Origin: Timaviella obliquedivisa GSE-PSE-MK23-08B
GTDB lineage: Bacteria > Cyanobacteriota > Cyanobacteriia > Elainellales > Elainellaceae
Length of the DNA: 64,000 nucleotides
Direction of reading: 5' to 3'
NCBI GenBank assembly: GCA_019358855.1
Contig: JAHHII010000002.1
Coordinates: 124,690-188,689, forward strand
The notes beneath the pieces are model-generated. The model saw nothing but the letters and a program-made list of their open reading frames with translations, searched no databases and was not told the DNA's origin. Shown here piece by piece: positions 40,499 to 51,714 of the stretch (positions are counted from its first letter, which is position 1; each line of letters starts with the position of its first letter). A program made the position numbers and the translations under genes.

Positions 40499-41128
40499 CT
40501 ATCTTTTTTCTAAAGAATCTGTAAAAATTGCCCCTTCTTCCACCAAGCTCACTTTCACTTCATTTGATAATCCTGGATTATCGCAAAAGATAGTCTGGGC
40601 AGCATTGACCCGACTGAGGTTTGTTTCGCTGAGGCAAGTTTCTCCCAGGTCTGCACCGCGCAAATCTGCCATACTGAGGTCTGCCATACTGAGGTCTGCC
40701 ATACTCAAATCAGCACCTCGCAAGTCTGCGTCACGCAAGTCAACGCCTCTGAGGTTAGCGCCCCGTAAGTCTGCGCCCCGCAAATCTACTCTCCGTAAAT
40801 GGGCAAGGCTGAGATCGGCACCCCGCAAGTCTGTTCCGGTCAAATCGGCACCCATTAACTGAGTGCCTACTAAATAACTGTTGACGAGGCTGGCACCATT
40901 GAGATTGGCTTTGCTGAGGTCGGCTTGCCGCAAATCTGCCTCTACAAAATCAAGTCCTATTAGCTTGGCCCCCACAAGTTTGACACCCACCAAGTCGATC
41001 CCGATATTTTGATTTAACCTTCTCCACTCATTCCAGCTATGAGGCTCTTTAATCAAACGGTTCAGTTGTTCAGCTTTAGTTTGGGCAGCAAGTTGTTTCG
41101 CTAATTCTTGAACATTCGACTGGTTCAC
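40499..41128 (-). CDS. pentapeptide-repeat protein
   Basis: It carries a long run of A(D/N)LxG units, including ADLRGADLRGANLRGVDLRDADLRGADLSMADLSMADLSMADLRGADL. Confidence 0.9.
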   Translation of the reverse strand: MNQSNVQELAKQLAAQTKAEQLNRLIKEPHSWNEWRRLNQNIGIDLVGVKLVGAKLIGLDFVEADLRQADLSKANLNGASLVNSYLVGTQLMGADLTGTDLRGADLSLAHLRRVDLRGADLRGANLRGVDLRDADLRGADLSMADLSMADLSMADLRGADLGETCLSETNLSRVNAAQTIFCDNPGLSNEVKVSLVEEGAIFTDSLEKR

Positions 41129-42152
41129 AATGTATTTCCCCTAACGAGTTGATAAAAGACCGATTGCCCCCGTAGCGAGGAATAAAGGAGCCACGTCAGA
41201 TCTAGAAGTTTATTTCGGGCTTCAAGGTTAGCTCCACCATTTCCTTACTGATGCTCTGCCACAAATAGCTCTCACGAGTCTTCTCATCTTATCGCGATTA
41301 ATTATCGTGGTGGTTAATGTTGAGCCAGCCCACAAAACCAACATCTAAAGGCAAAAGTTCTAAAGAGATTAGAAAAAACTTTGAAAATTATCGAACTGTG
41401 GAAACAGCACCTAGGTTGGTTTCTTGCCTGAGTTTTTCTTACAAGAATAAAACTTTTTATCTATGGCTACCCTATGATTCATGTTAATTAGTTCTTGAGC
41501 ACTAGGTAGTCAATATCCACATGCGCAAAGTGTGTTTCTTTACTAAGTGGCGTTACTTAAACTCTTGATATGTACTTATATACACTCAAGAATTAGAAAA
41601 AGTTTAGAAAGACATCTTTACATCTGTCAGGAGCCGTACTTAAGATTGAGAGGACAGTTAAGCTTCCCTTATGCTCTTTCAGCAAATCTACACGAACCCA
41701 CAACGGTCATCTACAGGAAATCTGGTACTGTGAAGTCTATCAAGATTGATGTTACATTGGTTACTTTGACTTTACGGTTAAAGTAACTGAAACGATCGCA
41801 AAATCTACCAGGGGCTAGGGTTACTACCAGAAGTAGAAAAGGGTGTCAGTAATTTTACTTGTCTCAGGTGCAGTTGTTTTATAACAAAGACTTTCATCGC
41901 CAGGTATAAAGTCTGCGATTTGATTGGGGTGCATTTACGTTCGAGTCTTGGAGAGCCAAGTGAGTTAGGAAGCGATCGCTCCTCTGTTTTAGAATATTTC
42001 TATTGTGGAGAGCAAAAGTCTGCCGTTTCGCTATCTCTGTGCCCATTTCAGGGGGTAGGGTTTTTCCAAATCCTTTGATAGACAGCGATATCATGCTGCT
42101 TATTAGGCTAGGTACTCTCTGCACATCTCATCATAAATTGCAAATCAATCCC

Positions 42153-43202
42153 ATGAATATTACGAGCAGCTACGAGTCCTCCCAAAAGTTGCAGCCGTCT
42201 AGCCTGCTGGAACAGTTAGCAACCCGGCAATTAACTGGATGCTTTCGAGTGGCAAGTGAAAAGGTATCTTGGACAGTTTATCTGAACCAAGGCAATCTCA
42301 TCTACGCATCTAGTTCCCTTGAGCCATTTGGGCGGCTCGATCGCCAGCTTAGACGGTTGAGTATTCGCATTCCTAACTTGGTCAGTGCTGTGCGAGTGCA
42401 AGTGCGGCTTCTCTTTGAGAATCCTGCTGACGAAAAGACTCAAAATAACGACTACCGCGCCATTTGTTGGTTAGTTGAGCAACATCACCTCAGCCCTGAT
42501 CAAGCCGCTGTGCTAGTCGAAGAACTCTCGAAGGAAACCCTAGAGGCATTTTTGCAAGTGCAGGAAGGCAGCTACGAATTTATCGAGCGGGATCAACTCA
42601 GTGAGTTTCCGCACTTCTGTCGATTGAACTTAGTAAGCCTGGTGGAGCAGTGTCAGAACCAAGCCCGTCGTCATCAGGCGTTAGGGCAAGGGTTTGCAGC
42701 CTCAGAACGAGTGAGCATCCCTCGGCAGAGCGCCTACTTGCACAATGGCGATCGCTTCAAAACTGAGCCTTCCGCCCGTGAGCGAACCTTTAGCCCCTTC
42801 GGCGCAGAGGTGACTCCGATCGCCTCTCCTGAGCAAGTTACTCATACCATTGCTTGCATTGATGACAGCCCGACCGTGCTTAATGCTATCCATTCTTTCC
42901 TGAATGACAAGGGCATTGGCGTAATCATGATCAATGATCCTGTGAAAGCCTTGATGCAGATTATTCGGAGCAAACCTGACTTAATTTTGTTAGATGTCAC
43001 AATGCCTAACTTAGATGGCTATGAGCTATGTTCTCTGGTGCGTAAACATCCGGCATTCAAAAATACGCCTGTGGTCATGGTCACCAGCAACTCGGGCTTT
43101 ATCGATCGAGCCAAGGCAAGACTAGTCGGCGCATCGGGCTATTTGACCAAGCCCTTTACCCAGCCTGATTTAGTCAAGATGGTGTTCAAACACTTGAGCT
43201 AG
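42153..43202 (+). CDS. PatA-type response regulator (N-terminal PATAN/DUF4388-like domain plus C-terminal receiver), PixG/PilG-like
   Basis: The C-terminal REC domain reads IACIDDSPTVL...LILLDVTMPNLDGYELC...YLTKPF. The N-terminal LTGCFRVASEKVSWTVYLNQGNLIYASS is typical of PATAN domains. It is the first gene of the chemosensory operon. Confidence 0.8.
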   Translation: MNITSSYESSQKLQPSSLLEQLATRQLTGCFRVASEKVSWTVYLNQGNLIYASSSLEPFGRLDRQLRRLSIRIPNLVSAVRVQVRLLFENPADEKTQNNDYRAICWLVEQHHLSPDQAAVLVEELSKETLEAFLQVQEGSYEFIERDQLSEFPHFCRLNLVSLVEQCQNQARRHQALGQGFAASERVSIPRQSAYLHNGDRFKTEPSARERTFSPFGAEVTPIASPEQVTHTIACIDDSPTVLNAIHSFLNDKGIGVIMINDPVKALMQIIRSKPDLILLDVTMPNLDGYELCSLVRKHPAFKNTPVVMVTSNSGFIDRAKARLVGASGYLTKPFTQPDLVKMVFKHLS

Positions 43203-43250
43203 CGATCGGTCATTATCAATCGCAGTTAAACCAACTCCAGGCTGATTACC

Positions 43251-43637
43251 GTGAACGAGGACAAACGAAATTTCATGGGTACGATTTTACTAGTTGAAGA
43301 CACACCTTCTGAAATGGAGCTCATTAGCCACTACCTCCGAGAGAGTGGCTACAGCGTTATTTCAGCCCAGACTGCCAAAGAGGCGCTTGCCAAAGCCGTC
43401 GAACAACGTCCTGATGCTGTTGTCACCGATGTCGTCATGCCTGGAATGAGCGGATTTGAGCTATGCCGCAGCTTAAAAAAACATCCCATGACTGAGAAAG
43501 TTCCTATTGTGATTTGCTCTTCTAAAAATTTAGAAATCGATCGCCTCTGGGGTATGAAACAAGGTGCAGATGCTTACATCACTAAACCCTTCACCCGTGA
43601 ACAGTTGGTGCGTGCCGTCAAATCTGTTACAGGCTAA
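43251..43637 (+). CDS. CheY-like single-domain response regulator
   Basis: ILLVEDTPSEMELI...VVTDVVMPGMSGFELC...YITKPF matches a receiver domain. The start is the GTG at 43251 or the ATG at 43275. Confidence 0.9.
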   Translation: MNEDKRNFMGTILLVEDTPSEMELISHYLRESGYSVISAQTAKEALAKAVEQRPDAVVTDVVMPGMSGFELCRSLKKHPMTEKVPIVICSSKNLEIDRLWGMKQGADAYITKPFTREQLVRAVKSVTG

Positions 43638-43642
43638 ACTCT

Positions 43643-44161
43643 ATGAACTCCTCCGCCCTGGCTCTGCCCACCCGCTCAACTAAATCTTCGGGCGACCCTT
43701 ATCTTAAGTTTCAGTTGGGTCGCCAAACGCCAGCGGTATTTTCTATGCGTCATGTGCAAGAAGCGCTGATTTTGCCGACTCGGCGACTCACCCCCATGCC
43801 AAATATGCCTGCCCCCATCCTAGGGCTGACTAATCGCCGTAGCCGTATCTCTTGGGTGGTTGATTTGCCGCAGCTTTTGGGCTTACCTGCCCTTGATTCT
43901 AATACCCAGCAACATACTTTAATTCTGGTGCAGGTTGGCGTAATCTCTATTAGTTTTGCAGTTCAGCAAGTAGAGGGCATTACGCGGCTTCAACCCGAAG
44001 ATATTCAGTCTCCTCAGGGGCAAGTCACTTTAGGTCTGGTGCCCTACTTGCGAGGGTGTATTTTGCAGCAGCAAGGACACAAGCAAGAAGTTTTACTGAT
44101 TCTAGACCCAGAGGCGATCGCTCAATCTGCGCTTCTACAAGGGAACACTCCTGTCAGTTAA
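43643..44161 (+). CDS. CheW-like coupling protein
   Basis: YLKFQLGRQTPAVFSMRHVQEALILP...ILGLTNRRSRISWVVDL fits a CheW fold. Confidence 0.85.
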   Translation: MNSSALALPTRSTKSSGDPYLKFQLGRQTPAVFSMRHVQEALILPTRRLTPMPNMPAPILGLTNRRSRISWVVDLPQLLGLPALDSNTQQHTLILVQVGVISISFAVQQVEGITRLQPEDIQSPQGQVTLGLVPYLRGCILQQQGHKQEVLLILDPEAIAQSALLQGNTPVS

Positions 44162-44260
44162 TCCTCTCATTCGTTGGTTGCTTCTTCGACTCATCCGCTC
44201 CTCTACTCTCCCTAAGTCCCGTCTACCCTTAATCCACCTTTGCGCTACGAGGCGTTTTCA

Positions 44261-47224
44261 ATGACCATTCAACCCCGTCAAGCCAAAAAATATGAGCGGA
44301 ACTCAGAAGAGTCTCTAGCCATTTCTGCCGATGATACCGTCCAATCCAACGGCAAAAATCCGCCAAACTTGCAATATCAAGAAGGTTCAGATTCTTCTAA
44401 AACCCAGTCCTCCGGGCTGAAGTGGTTCTATCAATTGCCCATCCGCCGCAAGCAACTCTTAGCGCTGCTGACTTCCGAGGCTCTGTCGGTTTTGGGACTC
44501 GTCGGCGTTGGCTCGTGGCTGATTATTGTGGGCGGACGTACTCAACTGGCAAACCAAGCGAAAGCTGAGGTGAATGTTTCTAGAATTACTTACAATACTC
44601 GTATTGATCAGATGGGCTTTGGCTTCCGAGGACAAGCAGAAAACCCTATTATATTAAATGCTGCCAAGGAAGCCGCCGCAGGTCGGGGAGTTTCTCCGGA
44701 GTCGCGTCAACAGGTCAGAAGTACTTTGGCAAACGAGGTTACCGCTCGCAACATTGAATATGCAACGCTAGTCGGAACCGATCTAAAAATTATTGCTAAC
44801 GCTAATGCCGATCGCACCGGAGAACGCTTTGACCCCAATGGCTTAGTTTCTGCCGTCCTGACCAACTCTAACCCCATTAAGGTCAGCACCATTGTTAGCT
44901 TGGCAGAATTGCAAAAGGAATCTCCGCCATCAGCAGCAGGTTTAGCCAATCAAGATGCCTTGATTCGCTATGTCATTACTCCTGTTCGCAACCCAGAAAC
45001 CCAGACGGTTGTGGGTGTGTTGGTAGCAGGCGATGTCGTTAAACAGCCCGTGGTGAAAGATACTCTAGAAGCCTTGAGGGATGGGTACAGCGCTGTTTAC
45101 CAACGTACTCCTTCAGGTGACTTTGCCTTAGCCACTAGCCTAGATTTAGGTAGCTTGAGCAATATAGAGCAAGCCCGAACCAACGTTAAGCTTTCGGACA
45201 ATCGCATTTTACAGCAAGCAGCAGCAGCATTAAAGCCCCAGCAAGAGGTTGGAGACTCTGTGGTGCAGCGAGTCGATATTAATGGACAAACCTACACAGT
45301 AGCGGCTGAAGCCATTGCTGATGCTAAAGGACAACCGATCGCTATCTTAGTGCGGGGTACGCCCGAAGTTGCATTAAACAATATGTTGCAGAATAGCTTA
45401 GCATTGCAGTTCGGCATCGCATCTTTGGCACTATTGGGCGACATTTTGCTGGCAGGGTTGCTGGGTCGCTCCATTGCTAACCCAATCGAAAATTTGCGAC
45501 GGGTGACTCAAAGATTTAGTGGCGGCGATCGCCATGCCCGTGCCGAAGTATTTGCCCATGATGAAGTCGGTGAACTCGCTGTATCCTTCAACAATCTGGC
45601 AGAGAACGTAAGCATCTCGGAAAAGCGGCTGCAAAACCAAGCCTCCGATCAGCAACAAGAAGCTGAACGAGCGACACTACTGGCTGATCTGACAGGTCGA
45701 ATGCGGCAGCACAGCGATCGGGATGAAATTTTTGCAGTCGTTGCGCCAGAAGTGCGACAAACCTTGGCTGCCGATCGTGTGATTGTTTATCTTCTTGATG
45801 CCAATGGCTCTGGAACAGTGGTTGCAGAATCGGTGGAACCAGGCTACCCGATCGCTCTGAACGCCAAAATTACCGATCCCTGCTTCCTAGAAAGCTACCT
45901 CGACAAATACCGCAAAGGTCGCGTTAAAGCCACAGAAGACATTAGCAACGCTGGCTTAACCGAATGCCATCTGCGCCAACTCGAACCCTTTTTGGTCAAA
46001 GCCAACTTGGTCGTCCCCATTCTGATGCGAGAGGAGTTAGTAGGATTACTGGTTACTCATCAATGCTCAGCGCCCCGCGTTTGGGAAGAGTCAGACATCA
46101 ACTTCTGCCGTCAAGTTTCGGTACAGCTTGGTTTTGCCCTAGAACAAGCAGACTTGTTTAACCAGCGGGAAACAGCGCGTCGGGAAACAGAGTTATTGTC
46201 TGAGGATCGGCGATCGCAGAAAGAAGAACTTCAGCTTCAGCTAATTGACCTGCTGAGTGAAGTAGAAGGCGCATCGCACGGCGACTTGACTGTTCGGGCA
46301 GAAGTTACCGCTGGCGAAATTGGAACTGTTGCCGACTTTTTCAACTCCATTATTGAAAGCTTGCGGCAAATTGTTACCCAGGTGAAGCAGTCGGCAGTTC
46401 AGGTAAGCGCGTCGCTTGGTGAAAACGAAGATGCTGTCCGTCGTCTTTCTGAAGACGCTTTGCAACAAGCCGAAGAAACGACCCGAACCCTGGATACTGT
46501 TGAACAAATGACTCAATCGATCCAGCGGGTTGCAGACAGCGCCCAACAAGCAGCGAAAGTTGCCCGTACTGCCTCAGAAACGGCGGAGTTGGGCGGCGAT
46601 GCCATGGATTTGACTGTGCAGAATATTCTGGGTTTACGAGAAACAGTCGGCGAAACGGCGAAGAAGGTGAAGCGTTTGGGCGAATCGTCTCAGCAAATTT
46701 CTAAAGTGGTTTCGCTCATCAACCAAATTGCAATGCAAACGAACCTCCTGGCAATTAATGCAGGGATTGAGGCGGCTCGGGCGGGAGAAGAGGGGCAAGG
46801 TTTTGCAGTGGTGGCAGAAGAAGTTGGAGAGCTAGCCGCGCGATCGGCAGCCGCTACTCAAGAAATTGAGAAAATCGTCGATATCATCCAACGGGAAACC
46901 AACCAAGTGGTAGAAGCGATGGAACAAAGCACCGCTCAAGTCGTCGAAGGAACTCACCGCGTTGAGGATGCGAAAAAGAGCCTGACGCAAATTGTGGAAG
47001 TGTCCCGCCAAATTGATGTGCTGGTGCAATCCATCTCTGAGGCGACAGTCTCGCAGGTTCAAACCTCTGCCTCGGTTTCTAAGCTCATGAAAGAAGTGGC
47101 GCAAGTTTCTGAGCGCACTTCTGACTCTTCCCGTCAGGTTTCTGCTGCCCTTCGTCAAACCGTAAAAATTGCCCAGGGTTTACAAGACTCGGTAGGGACA
47201 TTTGAGGTTGGAGAAGAAAGATGA
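44261..47224 (+). CDS. methyl-accepting chemotaxis protein with HAMP and a DXCF-type cyanobacteriochrome GAF domain (PixJ-like photoreceptor)
   Basis: Two TM helices flank a roughly 300-aa extracytoplasmic domain. It also has HAMP ([17 protein letters not shown]), a GAF with DPCF (D codon at 45875) and ECH (Cys codon at 45965), and an MA domain ([35 protein letters not shown]). Confidence 0.9.
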   Translation: MTIQPRQAKKYERNSEESLAISADDTVQSNGKNPPNLQYQEGSDSSKTQSSGLKWFYQLPIRRKQLLALLTSEALSVLGLVGVGSWLIIVGGRTQLANQAKAEVNVSRITYNTRIDQMGFGFRGQAENPIILNAAKEAAAGRGVSPESRQQVRSTLANEVTARNIEYATLVGTDLKIIANANADRTGERFDPNGLVSAVLTNSNPIKVSTIVSLAELQKESPPSAAGLANQDALIRYVITPVRNPETQTVVGVLVAGDVVKQPVVKDTLEALRDGYSAVYQRTPSGDFALATSLDLGSLSNIEQARTNVKLSDNRILQQAAAALKPQQEVGDSVVQRVDINGQTYTVAAEAIADAKGQPIAILVRGTPEVALNNMLQNSLALQFGIASLALLGDILLAGLLGRSIANPIENLRRVTQRFSGGDRHARAEVFAHDEVGELAVSFNNLAENVSISEKRLQNQASDQQQEAERATLLADLTGRMRQHSDRDEIFAVVAPEVRQTLAADRVIVYLLDANGSGTVVAESVEPGYPIALNAKITDPCFLESYLDKYRKGRVKATEDISNAGLTECHLRQLEPFLVKANLVVPILMREELVGLLVTHQCSAPRVWEESDINFCRQVSVQLGFALEQADLFNQRETARRETELLSEDRRSQKEELQLQLIDLLSEVEGASHGDLTVRAEVTAGEIGTVADFFNSIIESLRQIVTQVKQSAVQVSASLGENEDAVRRLSEDALQQAEETTRTLDTVEQMTQSIQRVADSAQQAAKVARTASETAELGGDAMDLTVQNILGLRETVGETAKKVKRLGESSQQISKVVSLINQIAMQTNLLAINAGIEAARAGEEGQGFAVVAEEVGELAARSAAATQEIEKIVDIIQRETNQVVEAMEQSTAQVVEGTHRVEDAKKSLTQIVEVSRQIDVLVQSISEATVSQVQTSASVSKLMKEVAQVSERTSDSSRQVSAALRQTVKIAQGLQDSVGTFEVGEER

Positions 47225-47307
47225 CTTTTCTATCGCCAGACTTTAGCCTGCTAGTCTGAAGCTAGACAGCCTTTACACAGCCAATATATCCTTTATTCAC
47301 AAGAGCC

Positions 47308-50300
47308 ATGTCACAGGATAGGGAACTCGAAATTAGGCTTCAGTTTCTCGATGAGGCTCAGGAATACCTAGCCACGTTGGAGTCTGCGGTGATGGGTTTG
47401 TCGAACAGCGGTGTTGATGTCGATCGCATCAATGCGGCATTACGAGCAGCGCACTCTATTAAGGGCGGCGCAGGTATGATGGGTTACGACATTTTGAGTC
47501 ATCTGGCGCATCGGTTGGAAGACTCGTTTAAGGTCTTGAAAATTCAGCGCCAAACCATTGAAATTGACGCAGCCCTGGAAGGCTTGTTGCTCTCTGGGGT
47601 TGATTGTTTAAATCAAGTCATTGAAGGCGATCGCCAAAACATTCCCCCAGATCCCGACTGGCTTGGCGATGCCGCCGCTCCTATTTTTGAACAACTCTAC
47701 GAACGCCTGGGCGAGCCGCAAGCTGAAGATGCCAGTTCTATGCTGGCACCCGAAGATGGACAAGATGTTCTGCGGCTGTTGTTTGAAACTGAAGTAGACG
47801 GATGCTTACAGCGTTTAGAATCAGTTTTAGAATCTCGTGATCCTTGCCTGCGCGAAGAAGTGGAAATCTTGGCGCAAGAACTGGGCGGATTAGGCGAAAT
47901 GCTTCAGCTACAGCCGTTTATTCGACTCTGCGAATCTGTGACCGATCACTTAGTGGCGGCTCCCGAACAAGTCGAAGAAATTGCCGAACTGGCATTGGCA
48001 GCTTGGCGGCGATCGCAGGCTCTTGTTTTGACCGAGCATTTAGACACCCTGCCCACTGCCATTAAAGCCAGCTTTGCTGTTGCGCCTCGCCCCATTGCTG
48101 CCCCTATAGAAGAATCTGCTGCCGTCAATTGGATCGATTTTGAAGAAACAGAAGAACCTGTTTTTGATTCGGTGGACGCAGCCGTTGAAACACATCATGA
48201 GTCTACATTTAATCTACAGACCCAGGCAGAAGAGTATTCTGAACAAATCCATGAATCCGCTCGTGAACGCATTGATGAACAAGTTAGTGAACCGATCGCC
48301 AAAAAGATAGACCTCGCAGATACGGTGAATGCTGCTACTGTGCTTCAGCCTCATACAAGCCGCCGCCGCCGAATCCCAGATTTACAGATTACAGAAGTCG
48401 TTCCTGATTTGCCCCAACACGCCTCTACAGAATCGCCAGAAAGTACCGTGCGAGTGCCAAGTAAGCAGCTTGATCAACTCAACGATTTATTCGGCGAGTT
48501 AACGATTGAACGCAACGCCCTCGATCTCCACTTGGGGCGGCTACATAGCCTGGTTCAAGCCTTAAGCCATCGTGTGCAAATTCTCGATCAATCCAATGTG
48601 TTGCTGCGCGATTCTTACGATACCGTGGCACCTAACCAGAATCTTGAGATGCCAGCGACCCAAAGCAACGGCAAAACCAGAGCCTCGGACAACCGATTGC
48701 CCTCAGATGAGTATTTGCAAAACGCGATGGCTCAGTTGCAAGACCTGCAAGGTAAGCCGTTTGATGCACTGGAAATGGATCGCTACAGCAATCTTCATTT
48801 GCTCTCTCAAGAAGTGATGGAAACGATCGTTCAGATCCAAGAAGTGACGACGGATATTGAACTGAGCTTAGATGATTCTGAGCAAACGGCTCGCAATCTC
48901 AACAAAACCTCCAGGCAACTCCAGAACAAACTGACCAAACTGCGAATGCGCCCTTTATCAGACGTACTCGATCGCTTCCCTAGAGCGCTCCGCGAACTAT
49001 CTTTGCAACACGGTAAACCCGTTCAGCTTAAAGTCGGCGGTGGCAATACCCTTGTCGATCGTAATATTCTAGAAGCGTTAAATGATCCCTTAATGCATAT
49101 TCTCCGGAATGCTTTTGATCATGGCATTGAAGCGGCAGAAACACGCGCTGCCCAAGGTAAACCGGAAGAAGGTTTGATTGAAATTTGCGCCGCACACCGC
49201 AATAATCGTACCGTTATTACCGTCCGAGATGATGGCGGCGGGATTCCCCTTAACAAGGTGCGCGCCAAAGCTCGACAGATGGGTTTGGATGAAGTTTTGC
49301 TGGCAGCCGCCAGTGAAGAAGATCTGCTGTCACTCATTTTTGAACCCGGATTTAGTACCTCAGATCAAGTCACGGCTTTGTCAGGGCGCGGCGTGGGAAT
49401 GGATGTCGTGCGCGATCGCCTCAAGCAAATTCAAGGCGAAATCACCGTTGCCACCGAGCCTGGAAAGGGTACCACCTTTACCTTATCGGTACCCTTTACC
49501 CTCACCGTTAGCCGCGTTTTAATTGCCGAAAGTAACCGAATGCTGCTGGCATTCCCCATCGACCTGATCGAAGAAATGGTGCTGCTGCCCGCCGAGCAAG
49601 TCATGCTGATGGCAGGCAGCGAAGTGTTTAACTGGGAAGGTCTGGTTGTGCAGCTAATTCGCCTGGCAGAATGGCTAGAGTTTAACTGTCCGCGTCAACT
49701 GGATGGCATGGAAGCCGCAGCTTCGGTCAATGTGCCAACTGTGTTGATGTTGAATCAGGGTAACCAAGTGGTGGGGCTAGAAATCGATCGCTCTTGGGGT
49801 GAACAAGAAGTCGCGATTCGCAAGGTTGAGGGGCTGCTGTCCATGCCACCCGGCTTTTCCAACTGCACCATTCTAGGCGATGGGCGCATTGTTCCCTTAG
49901 TCGATATCTCAGAACTGCTCCGTTGGATTGCTAGCTCCGAGCGTGCCCGTGTCGATTCCAGCCCAGCCCGTTCTCACTTACCGCCTGCCTCTAGCCCTAG
50001 ACCGTCCGTGGTGCATGGCGATCGCCACCCGACTATTCTTGTGGTCGATGATTCTATCAACGTCCGCCGCTTCTTGGCACTCACCTTAGAAAAAGCAGGG
50101 TATCAGGTGGCGCAAGCCAAAGATGGACAAGATGCGCTAGATAAACTGTCGGCAGGCTTAACCGTCCAGGCGATCGTCTGTGACATTGAAATGCCTCGCC
50201 TGGATGGATTTGGCTTTTTAGCCCGCTTCAAAGCCGACTCCACCTTCGAGCAAATCCCAGTCACGATGTTGACCTCCCGCAGTGGTGAAAAACATCGGCA

Positions 50301-50394
50301 GCTAGCCATGAGTTTAGGTGCAACTGCTTACTTCTCTAAGCCCTACAATGAGCAAGCGTTGCTCCAAACTTTGAAGCAACTGATTGCGGTATAG
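47308..50394 (+). CDS. hybrid CheA-type histidine kinase with a C-terminal receiver domain
   Basis: It has HPt (ALRAAHSIKGGAGMMGY), HATPase (NAFDHGIE...DDGGGI...GRGVGMDVV), a CheW-like P5 domain, and REC (ILVVDDSINVRRFL...DIEMPRLDGFGF...YFSKPY). Confidence 0.93.
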   Translation: MSQDRELEIRLQFLDEAQEYLATLESAVMGLSNSGVDVDRINAALRAAHSIKGGAGMMGYDILSHLAHRLEDSFKVLKIQRQTIEIDAALEGLLLSGVDCLNQVIEGDRQNIPPDPDWLGDAAAPIFEQLYERLGEPQAEDASSMLAPEDGQDVLRLLFETEVDGCLQRLESVLESRDPCLREEVEILAQELGGLGEMLQLQPFIRLCESVTDHLVAAPEQVEEIAELALAAWRRSQALVLTEHLDTLPTAIKASFAVAPRPIAAPIEESAAVNWIDFEETEEPVFDSVDAAVETHHESTFNLQTQAEEYSEQIHESARERIDEQVSEPIAKKIDLADTVNAATVLQPHTSRRRRIPDLQITEVVPDLPQHASTESPESTVRVPSKQLDQLNDLFGELTIERNALDLHLGRLHSLVQALSHRVQILDQSNVLLRDSYDTVAPNQNLEMPATQSNGKTRASDNRLPSDEYLQNAMAQLQDLQGKPFDALEMDRYSNLHLLSQEVMETIVQIQEVTTDIELSLDDSEQTARNLNKTSRQLQNKLTKLRMRPLSDVLDRFPRALRELSLQHGKPVQLKVGGGNTLVDRNILEALNDPLMHILRNAFDHGIEAAETRAAQGKPEEGLIEICAAHRNNRTVITVRDDGGGIPLNKVRAKARQMGLDEVLLAAASEEDLLSLIFEPGFSTSDQVTALSGRGVGMDVVRDRLKQIQGEITVATEPGKGTTFTLSVPFTLTVSRVLIAESNRMLLAFPIDLIEEMVLLPAEQVMLMAGSEVFNWEGLVVQLIRLAEWLEFNCPRQLDGMEAAASVNVPTVLMLNQGNQVVGLEIDRSWGEQEVAIRKVEGLLSMPPGFSNCTILGDGRIVPLVDISELLRWIASSERARVDSSPARSHLPPASSPRPSVVHGDRHPTILVVDDSINVRRFLALTLEKAGYQVAQAKDGQDALDKLSAGLTVQAIVCDIEMPRLDGFGFLARFKADSTFEQIPVTMLTSRSGEKHRQLAMSLGATAYFSKPYNEQALLQTLKQLIAV

Positions 50395-50406
50395 GAGCAT
50401 TCTTCC

Positions 50407-51033
50407 ATGTCTCGAATCTCTCAACGGCTTACCAATCGGCGGGCTGAACCTCTCCAGAAGCTGATTGTCTTTCAGATTCGTCATGAGTGGTTTGCCGTTC
50501 TTATTCAATTTGCCCACAAAGTAGTTCCTTTGGGCTTAGTCTATGGCGCACCTCAAGGTGGCATCAATCTCACCCATTATCAAGATCGTGAGGTTCCCGT
50601 GATTGATATTGAGCGGCGGGTATTTAGTAACGTGATCAATTTATCGTTACCGTCTGCGTTAACTGAGGCAAGTCATTCGCCTAAACAAGCCTCTCCTCAA
50701 GCAGTTCTAGAAAGCCAGCGCCACCTTATGCTTGTGGAAGATGCGCAGGGTTCCTTAGTTGGAATTCCTATGAATTCACCGCCCCTACTACGGCGAGTTC
50801 CAAAATCTGCGTTCTCACCTGTTCCTGCAATTTATTTAGCGGAAGGCAATATTCGGTGCATCAGCGCACTCATTACCGTATCTGAGAGTGAGCCACCGTT
50901 CTTCTTGTTGAACCTTGACCAGGTGTTGCAACAGGGGGCGATCGCTCCGACACACCAGCCAGGGAACGCATCAAGAGACTTACCTGAGGGCGCACCCCGA
51001 TCGCTGCAACAGAGTGCTGACAACAATTGTTGA
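50407..51033 (+). CDS. second CheW-like domain protein
   Basis: LIVFQIRHEWFAVLIQFAHKVVPL...GINLTHYQDREVPVIDIERRVF fits the CheW pattern. It starts 12 nt after the cheA stop. Confidence 0.6.
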   Translation: MSRISQRLTNRRAEPLQKLIVFQIRHEWFAVLIQFAHKVVPLGLVYGAPQGGINLTHYQDREVPVIDIERRVFSNVINLSLPSALTEASHSPKQASPQAVLESQRHLMLVEDAQGSLVGIPMNSPPLLRRVPKSAFSPVPAIYLAEGNIRCISALITVSESEPPFFLLNLDQVLQQGAIAPTHQPGNASRDLPEGAPRSLQQSADNNC

Positions 51034-51071
51034 TAGCCTTAGCGTTCCCTGATCATTTAATTGAGAGGTAT

Positions 51072-51338
51072 TTAGTTAAGGGGATGATGTTCACTCAAGA
51101 GCTTTTCGACGCGGGCTTCATCAACGCGGGCAGTGAGCCTGCGGGCTTCGTGAGTATCTCGCGTTGTTTTTGAGATGCTAATGGTAGAACCCACCGTGAA
51201 AGCTAAACCCATAGCAAGATACCCTTTAATCCAACCATCTACTGGCAAATAGGTAATGCCGATCGCGGTCGCTGAAATTGAAACTATAAAGGAAGCCCAA
51301 GCTTGGATAATCCAGGCAGCGCTGTGAGCTTGGGGCAT
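51072..51338 (-). CDS. YiaA/YiaB-family small inner-membrane protein
   Basis: Two helices are present, AAWIIQAWASFIVSISATAIGITYLP and GYLAMGLAFTVGSTISISK, followed by TTRDTHEA. Confidence 0.65.
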   Translation of the reverse strand: MPQAHSAAWIIQAWASFIVSISATAIGITYLPVDGWIKGYLAMGLAFTVGSTISISKTTRDTHEARRLTARVDEARVEKLLSEHHPLN

Positions 51339-51714
51339 AGAATGTTCTCGATTGATCATTATTTCTGGCTCCAGTAAAATTAGTTCTTCCTAACCATAGA
51401 TCGCAGGAATTTAAGGGTGCTTTCCAGTAGACAGTTGTTAGGTTTGGTTAAAGTATTGAGCAGGAGCGAAGAGGGTCAGAACGACGAGATGACTAGATTT
51501 GTATTCTTTAAAGACAATACTTTGTCTATTGACTGTTGAGCCGTGCCCACGAAAGCCTGTGCCAATTTGAACAAGCTGGCACAGGGAGCGATGATGGCAA
51601 AGGACTGTTGGCATGACTCAATGCAGGTAAGATGCCTGCCCTAGGTTTTCACCATAATTCCAGAAGAGTCATATTTTTGATGCATTGCTGTATGAACTTT
51701 GCTGTTAACGATCG

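Noticed and set aside
40605-40862. A plus-strand 85-aa ORF rich in SAPRKSA repeats
   Set aside because: It is the antisense reading of the pentapeptide-repeat gene. The periodicity is imposed by the ADLRG units on the other strand.
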